Source: Myxococcota bacterium (lineage in GTDB: Bacteria > Myxococcota_A > SURF-8). From it: a DNA stretch of 64,000 nucleotides. Positions within the stretch are counted from its first letter, which is position 1. Each line of letters opens with the position of its first letter. The notes under the pieces are model-generated. The model saw nothing but the letters and a program-made list of their open reading frames with translations, was not told the DNA's origin and searched no databases. The translations under genes and the position numbers were made by a program. Where the stretch lies: positions 768,001 to 832,000 of the forward strand of contig CAXXQS010000002.1 in assembly GCA_963674735.2 (NCBI GenBank), in the 5' to 3' direction. Of this stretch, positions 1-9,383 are shown piece after piece.

Positions 1-1814
1 GGCAATTCACGCTCGACCCCGCCATCGGAGACACGCCACAAGCGCACGCTACGATCGGCACCGGCCGTGGCAATCCGGGAACCATCCGGCGAAAAGGCCA
101 AATCGGTGATGCGCTGAGCGTGGCCGGTGAGTACGCGAATCAAGCCCCAGGTCGCGGTTTCCCAGATACGAACTTGTCCCCCGCCCACCGAAGCCAAAAG
201 CTTAGCATCGGAACTGTAGCGGATTTTCGTGGGGTCCATGCCCCCACCTTGCAGCGCGTACCCAGCCCGGCAAATCCCCATCTGCTCACCGGCATCTTTC
301 GCGCAATAAGCGTCTTGACAACACTCGTAAGCGCCTTCGCAGGCCACACCCAAACAATCGAGAGAAATTCCGGTACAGGTTTCGTCGAAACAATGGGTCG
401 CGTAGGTTGCAGGCAAATCATCGGCGCAACCCGTGAGATCGGACTGCCCGATGCAAGCGAGAGTCATGCCGACACAACTTCCGCTCAGACAGCGATCGTC
501 ACCGGTGGCTGCGTCCGAATCGTTGCAAGTCCCCCCCTCGTTGATGGGGACGCACCCGTCGCAACAAACCCCTGCTTCGTCGCAGCTGCAATCCGGCTGG
601 GCGACTTCGACGAATTCGGCGGACTCACTCTCGTCATCACCGTCGACATCTCCGTCGGCATAAACCGGCTCGTCGGAACAACAACGAAAACCCAGGTTGT
701 AATAGCGCGAATCGCGGTCGTAGATGTAGAAATCTTCGCAACGCAGGTTGCCGCCGTTGAAGTTGTCGGTAAACGATCCCCCACGAATAAGGCAATAGCC
801 CCCATCTCCGGCTCCCTCGCAAGCATCGGTCCACTCCCACACATTGCCGCTCAGGTCGTACAAACCGGAATATCCGCCCTGACACGCGGCCTGTTCACCC
901 ACCGACCAGGTCAGACGCAGACCGGTTTCCACCCCATTACAGGCGGAACCGGCAAAGGTATCGCCATATGGATAGGTCCGTTCACCCTGACGCGAACAGG
1001 CATTGTACCATTCGGATTCAGCGGCCTCATCGTGTAAGTCGTAAGACCCGTGACACAAGCGTTTGCCTTTTTCGGCGCAGTAAGCTTTGGCATCGCACCA
1101 GTCGATAGCCACAATAGGATGGTCGCCTTCAGTGCTGATGGGCCACGAATCGCGATAATCGGGGGTGGGATCTTCATTCCAGGCGCAATCGGGATCATCG
1201 GCCTGGCTGAAATCGGTCAACGCATCCAGATAGGCTTCATACTGCAAACGCGTCACCTCGGTGGCATCCATCAGGTAATATCCCCCGACCTCCGGCGGAT
1301 TGGGAACGCACACCTGTCCCTGCCCCGGAACAACCGACTCGCAGGGGTCGATAGGTTCCAGCTCTTCATCGAACTCGTTGTCGCCGTCCTCCTGTTCATC
1401 CTCCCAAATTTCTTCTTCACGTTCGATGAAGATGATGTCGCCGTCGGCAGGCTTTTCAAAATCCAATTCGCCATACTCGTCCGCATCCACCTCCTCATCG
1501 TCGAGTCGCTCTTCATCCCAATCTTCATCTCCATCGGGAAGATTATCGGGCACACAGGCATCGTTCGTGCAAACATACCCCTGCGGGCAATAGCCGCCAC
1601 AATCCGCATCGGTGTCGCGCTCGCAGCCATCGGGGCAGTCACCATCCACCGCAGGTAAATCCCCATCCTCCAACGGCAAACACCGGTCATCACTGCAGAT
1701 GTAGCCTGCCGGACAATACCCACCACACAGATCGAGGGTCGATCCCGACGTACATCCACTCACCAGCACCATTAGTAAGCCCAACAAGCCGATCCAATAA
1801 CGGTTCCGCATCAT
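1..1814 (-). CDS. Lipoprotein with Cys-rich repeats, acidic DGD linkers, an FGE-sulfatase (SUMF1/EgtB/PvdO, C-type-lectin-fold) domain and WD40 repeats; runs off the window start
   Basis: Absent from the ORF track because there is no stop in the window. Manual translation from ATG 1814: MMRNRYWIGLLGLLMVLVSGC (lipobox) ...YLMDATEVT...HPIVAIDWCDAKAYC...YDLSGNVWEW...IRGGSF...NLGFRCC (FGE motifs, ~678-1280), then LTGHAQRITDLAFSPDGSRIATAGADRSVRLW (WD40). No stop codon down to base 3. Confidence 0.9.
   Translation of the reverse strand, partial: MMRNRYWIGLLGLLMVLVSGCTSGSTLDLCGGYCPAGYICSDDRCLPLEDGDLPAVDGDCPDGCERDTDADCGGYCPQGYVCTNDACVPDNLPDGDEDWDEERLDDEEVDADEYGELDFEKPADGDIIFIEREEEIWEDEQEDGDNEFDEELEPIDPCESVVPGQGQVCVPNPPEVGGYYLMDATEVTRLQYEAYLDALTDFSQADDPDCAWNEDPTPDYRDSWPISTEGDHPIVAIDWCDAKAYCAEKGKRLCHGSYDLHDEAAESEWYNACSRQGERTYPYGDTFAGSACNGVETGLRLTWSVGEQAACQGGYSGLYDLSGNVWEWTDACEGAGDGGYCLIRGGSFTDNFNGGNLRCEDFYIYDRDSRYYNLGFRCCSDEPVYADGDVDGDDESESAEFVEVAQPDCSCDEAGVCCDGCVPINEGGTCNDSDAATGDDRCLSGSCVGMTLACIGQSDLTGCADDLPATYATHCFDETCTGISLDCLGVACEGAYECCQDAYCAKDAGEQMGICRAGYALQGGGMDPTKIRYSSDAKLLASVGGGQVRIWETATWGLIRVLTGHAQRITDLAFSPDGSRIATAGADRSVRLWRVSDGGVEREL
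1554..1727 (-). repeat. Two 48-nt intragenic repeats encoding CGGYCPxGYxCxxDxC
   Basis: 1680-1727 encodes CGGYCPAGYICSDDRC; 1554-1601 encodes CGGYCPQGYVCTNDAC. Confidence 0.85.
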
Positions 1815-1978
1815 CGTTTTCCCTGCCGTTTGTCGAGAGTTTCTTCCCGTCTTCCCATCCTAAAACGCAACACTGCACTCAAAGCTCGTATCCAAGACTT
1901 TCCAAAGAATAAGGATAGTTGTCGAAAAAAAGCTATTCCGACTATAAGCCTGACAATTTTAATTCCCTGCAAAAACGA

Positions 1979-3211
1979 TCAGGCGGAAAGAATCGAGAGG
2001 GTTGCCTCGACGACGGTGGGATCGAACTGCCTCCCGATCTGGCGTCTGAGCTCTTTAAGGGCCTGCTTCCAGTCGCGACGGCGTTGATAGGGACGCTGGC
2101 CGGTCATGGCGGTAAAGGCGTCGGCCACACGAACGATGCGGGCGGCAAGGGGAATGTCGGCTCCCGCCAGCGAATCGGGATAGCCGCTGCCATCCCAATT
2201 TTCGTGGTGGTGGCGAACGATCCGGGCCACCTCGCCCAGTCCGCTGACCCGCTCGATCAATTGTTCGCCCAAAACCGGATGGCGCCGCACCCGGAGACGT
2301 TCTTCTTCACCTAAGGGGCTGGATTTCGAGAGGATATCGCCACGAAGCGACACCTCTCCCATGTTCTGAAGATGGCTGACCCATTGGATCTCTTCGCGCT
2401 GCTTCTTTGTCAGATCAAGCCTTTCAGCCAGCGAGTCGGCCAATCGAGCCACTTGGGATGCATGGCCTTGCAGATAGCGACCATTGCGCGTATCGATCAG
2501 ATCCGAAATGGCCGGCAAGGCGCGCGCCCAAAGGTTATCGCGCTCCATCAACCGCACATCACGTAACTCCTGACAGATGCCTTCTATTTCCTGGCCGATC
2601 CGCTCGGGTTGTAAAAGCAAGCCGAATGGGAGCGATCCCGTTAGCATCTCTTCAAACAAGTGTAAAAGGCGAGGAGCGAAATCTTCCCCCGATAACGGCA
2701 GAAGACTGTTTAGAATATCCTGTTCAGACTCCGGCCGGTCGGCACGAATCACCAAATCGACCTGATCGGCAAAACGCAGAATCTGAGCCCCCAGTTCGAT
2801 CTCTTCCCCAGCCAATCCGTGTGGATAGCCGCTGCCGTTGATGCATTCATGATGTTGCAGGACCAGCATCGCCGCAGGCCGAACCCCGGGCAGACGACGA
2901 ATGAATTCATGCCCGAATATCGGGTGAAAAAACAACGGACTATGGGCTTTCTGATTGATGACGGCCGGGTGCGCAGCCAAAACATGAACGACATGCTGCC
3001 TGAAATGCAAGGCCCCGCTGTCGGCCAGCATGGCGGCGATAAACACCAAGGGAGCTTCGAACGCCGAAACCCGCTGTGCCATGCGATAAGCCACCAGAGC
3101 GACCCGCCAGGCATGATTGAGCTGTCCGTCACTCTCGATATCCAACATCAATCCCACCGACGCAAATAAATCGGCCGGGTTCACCTGAGATTGATCGAGC
3201 GCTTTTGCCAT
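1979..3211 (-). CDS. Tandem HD-GYP domain protein with both HD motifs degenerate
   Basis: HHECINGSGYPHGL and HHENWDGSGYPDSL GYP motifs; the LHDIG positions read LADSG and LQNMG; ATG 3211 with GGAGAG upstream. Confidence 0.85.
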   Translation of the reverse strand: MAKALDQSQVNPADLFASVGLMLDIESDGQLNHAWRVALVAYRMAQRVSAFEAPLVFIAAMLADSGALHFRQHVVHVLAAHPAVINQKAHSPLFFHPIFGHEFIRRLPGVRPAAMLVLQHHECINGSGYPHGLAGEEIELGAQILRFADQVDLVIRADRPESEQDILNSLLPLSGEDFAPRLLHLFEEMLTGSLPFGLLLQPERIGQEIEGICQELRDVRLMERDNLWARALPAISDLIDTRNGRYLQGHASQVARLADSLAERLDLTKKQREEIQWVSHLQNMGEVSLRGDILSKSSPLGEEERLRVRRHPVLGEQLIERVSGLGEVARIVRHHHENWDGSGYPDSLAGADIPLAARIVRVADAFTAMTGQRPYQRRRDWKQALKELRRQIGRQFDPTVVEATLSILSA

Positions 3212-3465
3212 CCGGACCACCTGACTCTCCCTCTGTCTGTCGATTGCACCGCAATCGTAGCCCAAGCGCGCCGCTAACGCAACGCTGAGCTGTAAAAGAT
3301 CGCAAATTCAATCCACCTGAAAAAGAAGAAGACCGAAGTCCCCAAAACAGGCAAAGCTGTCGCGCGTTAACAACCGCAAAATCCCATGATTTGACAAAAT
3401 CCTGTTGCAGGGTCAGTATGGAGGCATGATATGGAAACCCCAAAAGAATATGGAGTGCAAAACCC

Positions 3466-4347
3466 ATGATCAAATCAATGACTGGTTTCGGTTCAACCGA
3501 TCTGGCGGTGGGGGCCTTTCACCACCGCATCGAGCTACGTTCCGTCAACAGCAAGTTCTGCGACATTAAAGTCAAAACACCCCCCGACATGAACGGCCTT
3601 GAGCAGCGCATCATGGCCAAAATTCGGGAGAGACTGGCTCGCGGACGCGTGGATCTGCTGGTTTATCGTGAAGCGGCCGAAATGGACGTCCCACGCGCCG
3701 TGACGGTCAACTGGGATCTGCTCGACCAATATTTCAAAGCTTACCGGTCGATCCGCGAAAAATACGGCGTCAACCAGGATATCAACCTGAACAACATGAT
3801 CAACGCCCGCGAGGTCGTCACCTTGCAACGCCAGGCCGGAGATCTCGAAAGCATGTGGAAGAGTCTGGAGCCCGGTATCGATACCGTGTTGGATTCCCTG
3901 ATCGACATGCGTGAGAACGAAGGGCGCTTGCTGGCGGTAGACATGGCCGGACGCCTGGATATCATCAAGAAAATCGTCGGCAAACTCGCCGTTCTCGCTC
4001 CTGAAATGGTGGAAATCTACAAGAAGCGTTTGGAGGAAAGAATCGCGGCGCTTTTACCGCAAGGCGGAGTCGATGAGACGCGTCTGGCGCAAGAGGTTCT
4101 GTTTTTCGCCGACCGCACCGACATCACGGAAGAAATCATCCGCTTGAAAAGTCATATTCAACAGTTCCTGACTTTTCTCGACATCGTAGAGCCCGTTGGG
4201 CGCAAGCTGGACTTCCTCATCCAGGAAATGAACCGTGAAATCAACACCATCGGTTCAAAAAGCAGCAGTGCCGAAATCTCGCAGATGGTGGTGGAAGTGA
4301 AGAGCGAACTGGAAAAACTGCGCGAGCAGATTCAAAACGTCGAATAG
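3466..4347 (+). CDS. yicC: YicC/YloC family endoribonuclease
   Basis: MIKSMTGFG N-terminus; GRKLDFLIQEMNREINTIGSK; C-terminal EQIQNVE; lies upstream of gmk. Confidence 0.95.
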   Translation: MIKSMTGFGSTDLAVGAFHHRIELRSVNSKFCDIKVKTPPDMNGLEQRIMAKIRERLARGRVDLLVYREAAEMDVPRAVTVNWDLLDQYFKAYRSIREKYGVNQDINLNNMINAREVVTLQRQAGDLESMWKSLEPGIDTVLDSLIDMRENEGRLLAVDMAGRLDIIKKIVGKLAVLAPEMVEIYKKRLEERIAALLPQGGVDETRLAQEVLFFADRTDITEEIIRLKSHIQQFLTFLDIVEPVGRKLDFLIQEMNREINTIGSKSSSAEISQMVVEVKSELEKLREQIQNVE

Positions 4348-4371
4348 CCGGGGAATAGGAGATCGCAAGAC

Positions 4372-5010
4372 ATGAGCGAAGAGAGGGGAGAAAAGCTGTT
4401 TGTCGTCTCAGCGCCTTCAGGAGCCGGGAAATCCACCCTGACCCAGGCCGTGGCCCAAAAGCACCCGGAAATTCGACTATCCATCTCCTGTACCACCCGC
4501 ATGCGTCGTGGCGATGAGCAAGACGGGCGTGAATATTACTTCCTAAGCGAAGAAGAGTTTTCCGACCGCGTCAACCGTGGCGATTTTCTCGAATGGGCGC
4601 AAGTGCACGGAAACCGCTATGGAACCAGCCGCGAATTCGTCAACCGTCTGCTTCAGGATGGTTTGAAAGTCTTATTCGACATCGACGTTCAGGGGGCCGA
4701 CAAACTCAAGCAGGTTTACCCCGACGCCACCCTGATTTTTATCGCTCCGCCCAGTCGAGCCGAATTGAACCGGCGACTACGCGAACGTAAAACCGATGAT
4801 CCGGCAGAAATAGCCCGGCGGCTCAACAATGCTCTCGGTGAGATCGTTTTAGCGCGCCGCTATGACTTTGTTGTCATCAATGACGATCTAGCCACCGCCA
4901 CCGCCGAATTGGAATCGATTCTGCTCGGTCGTCCCGCGGTAAAAGCCGATCGGGACGCCGTGCTCGACCAACTGCTTCGGGAATTCAAGGATGCCGCAGC
5001 CACCGATTAA
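4372..5010 (+). CDS. gmk: Guanylate kinase
   Basis: SAPSGAGKST P-loop, SISCTTR, EWAQVHGNRYGT, DIDVQGA. Confidence 0.96.
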   Translation: MSEERGEKLFVVSAPSGAGKSTLTQAVAQKHPEIRLSISCTTRMRRGDEQDGREYYFLSEEEFSDRVNRGDFLEWAQVHGNRYGTSREFVNRLLQDGLKVLFDIDVQGADKLKQVYPDATLIFIAPPSRAELNRRLRERKTDDPAEIARRLNNALGEIVLARRYDFVVINDDLATATAELESILLGRPAVKADRDAVLDQLLREFKDAAATD

Positions 5011-7177
5011 AAAACGTTTTCGCGAGGTGCTGGCCAGCATCGTCGCGTATCTGCCAAACGCGGATGTGGAACGTCTGGAGCGGGCCTTCAACCAGGCCAT
5101 GCTTTGGCATGGAGCCCAGAAGCGGCAATCGGGCGAGCCGTTTATTCTCCATCCTCTTGAAGTCACTGCGATTCTGGCCCAATTGCGGCTCGATCAGGCA
5201 AGCCTGATCACGGGACTTCTACACGACAGCATCGAGGACACGGAAGCGACGCGCGAACTGGTCGAAAAGCAGTTCGGCAAAGAAGTCACCTTTCTGGTTG
5301 ATGGCGTTACCAAACTGACCCGACTGGATTTTCACACCAAGAAAGAACAGCAGGTTCAAAGCTTCCGCAAGATGTTTCTGGCCATGGCCAGCGATATCCG
5401 CGTCATCCTCGTCAAGCTGGCCGACCGTCTGCACAACGTCCGCACCCTGACCGGGCTGACCAGCGCGGATAAACAACTCGATCTGGCCCAGGAAACCCTC
5501 GATATCTATGCCCCGATCGCAGGCCGCTTGGGTATCCATTGGCTGCGCGTGGAGTTGGAAAACCGCGCCTTTGCCGCATTGATGCCCGAGCAGTACCGGG
5601 AAGTCGACGAATTCGTCACCCGTTATGTCAAAGAACAGGAAACATTTATTCATGGAACCGAGGAACGGTTGCGTGAATTGATGGCGGAACACGACATCCA
5701 GGCGAAAGTTTATGGTCGCACCAAGCATTATTTCTCGATTTTCCGCAAAATGCAGCGAAAGAATCTGCAACTCGACCAGATTTACGACATCATCGCCTTT
5801 CGCGTCATCATCCAGAATCTCGATCAGTGTTACCAGGCACTGGGGGCCGTCCACGCCGAATGGCGACCCATCCACGGCATGTTCGAAGATTACATCGCCA
5901 TGCCCAAACCCAACGGCTATCAGTCGCTGCACACCAACGTCATCAGTCATTACGGCGACCGCATGGAATTGCAGATCCGCACCGAAGCCATGCATGAGGT
6001 GGCCGAAAACGGAATCGCCGCCCACTGGCGTTACAAGGAAGGCCAGAAACAGGGATCCTTCGATGCCAACGAACAAGCCCAAATCAACTGGCTACGCCAA
6101 CTGATCGAAATTCACCAGGAAATGGACGACCCGGGCGAGTTGCTCGAATCCCTGAGGCTCAACCTTTTTTCCGGCTACGTGTTCGTTTTCACCCCTCAAG
6201 GCGAAGTCATCGAACTTCCGCGCGACAGCACTCCCATCGACTTTGCTTTCGCCGTCCACACCCAAGTGGGCCTCCACTGCGCCGGGGCGAAAGTCAATAG
6301 CCGCATCGTTCCCTTGCGTTACAAGTTGCACAACGGCGATGAAGTGGCGATCATCACCAACAAGAACCAGCGTCCCAAAAAAGAATGGCTGGATTTCTGT
6401 CAGACCAGCCGAGCCAAGAACAAAATTCGCCATTCCATTCGCGAAGAAGAACGCGAGCGTAGCCGTGAACTCGGACGTGAGCTGGCCGAACGGGAATTCA
6501 AACGTGTCGAGTTGAATTTCAACCGCCTGCTGAAATCGGGCGACCTCGACCGGGCTGCACAAGAGTTGAAAGCAAAGAATATCGAGGAGTTCCTCATCAC
6601 GCTGGGACGCGGCGGAAAACGCGTGTCCGACCTGTTGCGCATTATCGCACCCGAAAAAGTGGAACTGCCTCCCCCCGAGATTCCCGGATTATCGCGCGCG
6701 GCACAGAAATCCAAGCGTAGAAAATCACGTTCCGGCATCAAGATTTCCGGCATCGACGACCTGCTGGTGCATTTCGGAAAATGCTGTAATCCCATTCCCG
6801 GCGACGCCGTGGCGGGTTTCGTCACCCGCGGACACGGCATCACCATTCACCGCACGGATTGCTCCAAGATGCCGCGTGAAGAATCGGAGCGCATCCTGGA
6901 AGCTTACTGGGACGAAAAAGACGACATGGAGATGCCGGTCAGCATCAAAATAACCTCCCAGGATCGCCCCGGTATATTACAAGCTTTGACCGAAGTTTTT
7001 TCTAAAAATAACGTCAATATCAGTTCCGTCCAAGCCCAGACCGTAGACGGCATCGGCACCAGCCTGTTCCGTTTTCTGGTCAAAAACCTGGACCAGATGG
7101 ACACGATCCGCCGTAAACTCCGGCGGGTACGCGGCGTGCTGCGGGTAGAGCGCGTCGTGGATCATCGTCTACGTTAA
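4991..7177 (+). CDS. relA/spoT: Long RSH bifunctional (p)ppGpp synthetase/hydrolase (HD-SYNTH-TGS-ZFD-ACT)
   Basis: LLHDSIEDT hydrolase, KLADRLHN, KPNGYQSLHT, ELQIRT, VFTPQG...TPIDFAFAVHT (TGS), KCCNPIPGD, DRPGIL (ACT). Confidence 0.96.
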   Translation: MPQPPIKKRFREVLASIVAYLPNADVERLERAFNQAMLWHGAQKRQSGEPFILHPLEVTAILAQLRLDQASLITGLLHDSIEDTEATRELVEKQFGKEVTFLVDGVTKLTRLDFHTKKEQQVQSFRKMFLAMASDIRVILVKLADRLHNVRTLTGLTSADKQLDLAQETLDIYAPIAGRLGIHWLRVELENRAFAALMPEQYREVDEFVTRYVKEQETFIHGTEERLRELMAEHDIQAKVYGRTKHYFSIFRKMQRKNLQLDQIYDIIAFRVIIQNLDQCYQALGAVHAEWRPIHGMFEDYIAMPKPNGYQSLHTNVISHYGDRMELQIRTEAMHEVAENGIAAHWRYKEGQKQGSFDANEQAQINWLRQLIEIHQEMDDPGELLESLRLNLFSGYVFVFTPQGEVIELPRDSTPIDFAFAVHTQVGLHCAGAKVNSRIVPLRYKLHNGDEVAIITNKNQRPKKEWLDFCQTSRAKNKIRHSIREEERERSRELGRELAEREFKRVELNFNRLLKSGDLDRAAQELKAKNIEEFLITLGRGGKRVSDLLRIIAPEKVELPPPEIPGLSRAAQKSKRRKSRSGIKISGIDDLLVHFGKCCNPIPGDAVAGFVTRGHGITIHRTDCSKMPREESERILEAYWDEKDDMEMPVSIKITSQDRPGILQALTEVFSKNNVNISSVQAQTVDGIGTSLFRFLVKNLDQMDTIRRKLRRVRGVLRVERVVDHRLR

Positions 7178-7198
7178 TCCAAGCTACGGGAGTTTCAG

Positions 7199-7579
7199 AT
7201 GCCCCGAATTATCCTCCAAACCAAGAAAGCCCCGGCCGCCATCGGTCCGTATTCGCAAGCCGTTCAATACGGCGACCTGCTGTTTATCTCCGGTCAGATC
7301 CCCCTGGATCCCGGCACGATGAAACTCGTTGAGGGAGGAGTGGAAGAACAGACCCGGCGCGTGATGCTCAACCTCCAAGCCATTCTCGCCGAAGCGGGCA
7401 TGAGTTGGGATAACATTCTGAAAACAACCATTTACCTGGCTGACATGGCGGACTTCAAAACCGTCAATGAGATCTATGGCACATTCTTCCCAGAAAACGC
7501 TCCGGCACGCGCCACCGTGCAGGTCGGGCGTCTACCGCTCGACGTACGAGTGGAAATCGACGCCATTGCAGGCCGATAA
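7199..7579 (+). CDS. ridA: RidA/YjgF/UK114 reactive intermediate deaminase
   Basis: APAAIGPYSQA, SGQIPLDP, PARATVQV, VEIDAIA. Confidence 0.95.
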   Translation: MPRIILQTKKAPAAIGPYSQAVQYGDLLFISGQIPLDPGTMKLVEGGVEEQTRRVMLNLQAILAEAGMSWDNILKTTIYLADMADFKTVNEIYGTFFPENAPARATVQVGRLPLDVRVEIDAIAGR

Positions 7580-7594
7580 AGCGGAGAAATAGGG

Positions 7595-7822
7595 ATGGTT
7601 AAAAAGAAACAAGCCGCCCCCGGCGCAATGAAGGGATTGGCCGCGATCCTGCTGATGATCGAAGAAGAAGCCGATCCCACGAAAAGCGCAGCCCTGGAAT
7701 TTGTCTTGAAAGGAAGCGTGGAAAAATTGAGCGTCACTCGAAAAGACGTCGAGCGCTACCTCAAAGAAAACCGAGCGGCGGTCGCCGACGAGTTGAGCCG
7801 AAAGCAGCGGCCGACATCATGA
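7595..7822 (+). CDS. Small hypothetical protein (75 aa)
   Basis: Fills the ridA-mnmE gap; GGAG upstream; ATGA overlap with the mnmE start. Confidence 0.7.
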   Translation: MVKKKQAAPGAMKGLAAILLMIEEEADPTKSAALEFVLKGSVEKLSVTRKDVERYLKENRAAVADELSRKQRPTS

Positions 7823-9207
7823 CCCGCATCACCGACGACACCATCGCGGCGGTCACCACCCCGCCGGGCTCGGGTGGGGTGGGCATTATCCGCATTTCGG
7901 GAGAATCGGCCTTTGCGATCCTCGATGCGCTGTTCCATCCCGTCGCACGGAAAACCCAAGCCACCCACGGGCGCTCCGTACCCGGTACGATCGTCGATCC
8001 GACCGATGGACAACGGCTCGACTTCGTCCTGGCCCTACGTTTTTTTGCTCCCCATTCCTACACGGGGGAAAACGTAGCTGAAATACACGCCCACGGCGGC
8101 CGCCTGAACCTTGAACAGATTCTGTCATTGTGTCTGGCCCACGGTGCCCGCACGGCGCGTCCCGGTGAATTCACCCTGCGCGCCTTCCTAAATGGCAAGC
8201 TCGATCTGACTCGCGCCGAGGCGGTGCGGGAAGTGATCGAAAGTCAAACCGCCGCCGCCTTAAACGCTTCACGCCGCCATTTACAGGGCGATATCGCCAC
8301 CTTGTGTGAAACCGCGCGCGAATCCCTACTCGACATCCTGGCTCATATCGAGGCGCTGATCGATTTCCCCGAAGAAGATTTGCCGCCTTCCGCCGCCGCC
8401 GATTATAGCGAAACGATCCAAACCGTATCCCACACCCTGGGCCGTGCGGCCGACAGCTACGAGCGGGGACGACTCTTGCACGAAGGAGTGGAAGTCACCA
8501 TCGTCGGCGCACCCAACGTAGGAAAATCGTCGCTCCTCAATCGCTTGCTGCGTTCCGAACGCGCCATCGTCACCGACCAGCCGGGCACCACCCGCGACAT
8601 GGTCGATGGCATCATCGATCTGGCCGGGCTACCGGTACGTTTCGTCGATACGGCCGGACTGCGCGAAGCCGCCGCCGATCCGGTGGAAGCCATCGGCATG
8701 CAGCGTGCATGGAATCGTCTGGCGCAAGCCGATCTGGTGCTGTGGGTACTTGATGGCTCGCGCCCCCTGACAGACAACGAGCGCACACTGGCGACGCGCC
8801 TGGCTCCCCAGCGCGGCATCGCCATCCTGAACAAAGCCGACCGCCCGACCGCTTTGGATGTATCCGAACTGATACAGCTTGTCCCGGACTGGCCGACGGT
8901 TACGCTTTCCGCCAAAACCGGAGAGGGAATCGACGGACTCGAAACAGCGCTGAATCGTTTACTGGGCATGCCGTCGGTGGATTCCGATGAATTGTTGCTC
9001 ACCTCAGCTCGCCATCAACAGGGCTTTCGTCTGGCCGAACAGGCGTTAACTCGCACCCTGAATGCGCTGGAAAAAGGCGAAAACGCCTGGGAACTCATGG
9101 CCGCCGACCTTCATGAGGCACTCAACGCCCTGGAGGATCTGGTCGGCATCAGCACCCCCGATGACATCCTGCATCGCATTTTCTCGCGTTTCTGCATCGG
9201 CAAGTAA
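7819..9207 (+). CDS. mnmE: tRNA modification GTPase MnmE/TrmE
   Basis: DTIAAVTTP, SYTGENVAEIHAHGG, GAPNVGKSS, DTAG, NKAD, C-terminal FSRFCIGK. Confidence 0.97.
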   Translation: MTRITDDTIAAVTTPPGSGGVGIIRISGESAFAILDALFHPVARKTQATHGRSVPGTIVDPTDGQRLDFVLALRFFAPHSYTGENVAEIHAHGGRLNLEQILSLCLAHGARTARPGEFTLRAFLNGKLDLTRAEAVREVIESQTAAALNASRRHLQGDIATLCETARESLLDILAHIEALIDFPEEDLPPSAAADYSETIQTVSHTLGRAADSYERGRLLHEGVEVTIVGAPNVGKSSLLNRLLRSERAIVTDQPGTTRDMVDGIIDLAGLPVRFVDTAGLREAAADPVEAIGMQRAWNRLAQADLVLWVLDGSRPLTDNERTLATRLAPQRGIAILNKADRPTALDVSELIQLVPDWPTVTLSAKTGEGIDGLETALNRLLGMPSVDSDELLLTSARHQQGFRLAEQALTRTLNALEKGENAWELMAADLHEALNALEDLVGISTPDDILHRIFSRFCIGK

Positions 9208-9383
9208 TCTCCCATCCCACATGGGAATTGATTTCATTGGATAAACATGTCATCCTGAGAACGTTCAAACAGAGTTTTGGATCGGTAAGATGTTTCGTAT
9301 TATTACGGGAAGAGATCGTTCCACTATCGCGTCCACCCTGTAACCGATCATTTGCAACCGATCGGCCGATGAGGAGAAGCGTG

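Noticed and set aside
678-800. Diversity-generating retroelement variable region in the FGE domain
   Set aside because: No template repeat or reverse transcriptase seen in the window, and the domain is internal rather than C-terminal
120-1658. Plus-strand ORFs 120-1037 and 1050-1658
   Set aside because: Antisense shadows of the minus-strand FGE/WD40 lipoprotein gene
3350-3385. GGCAAA...CGCAAA resembling a c-di-GMP-I riboswitch
   Set aside because: No GNRA tetraloop, poor stem, no second hairpin
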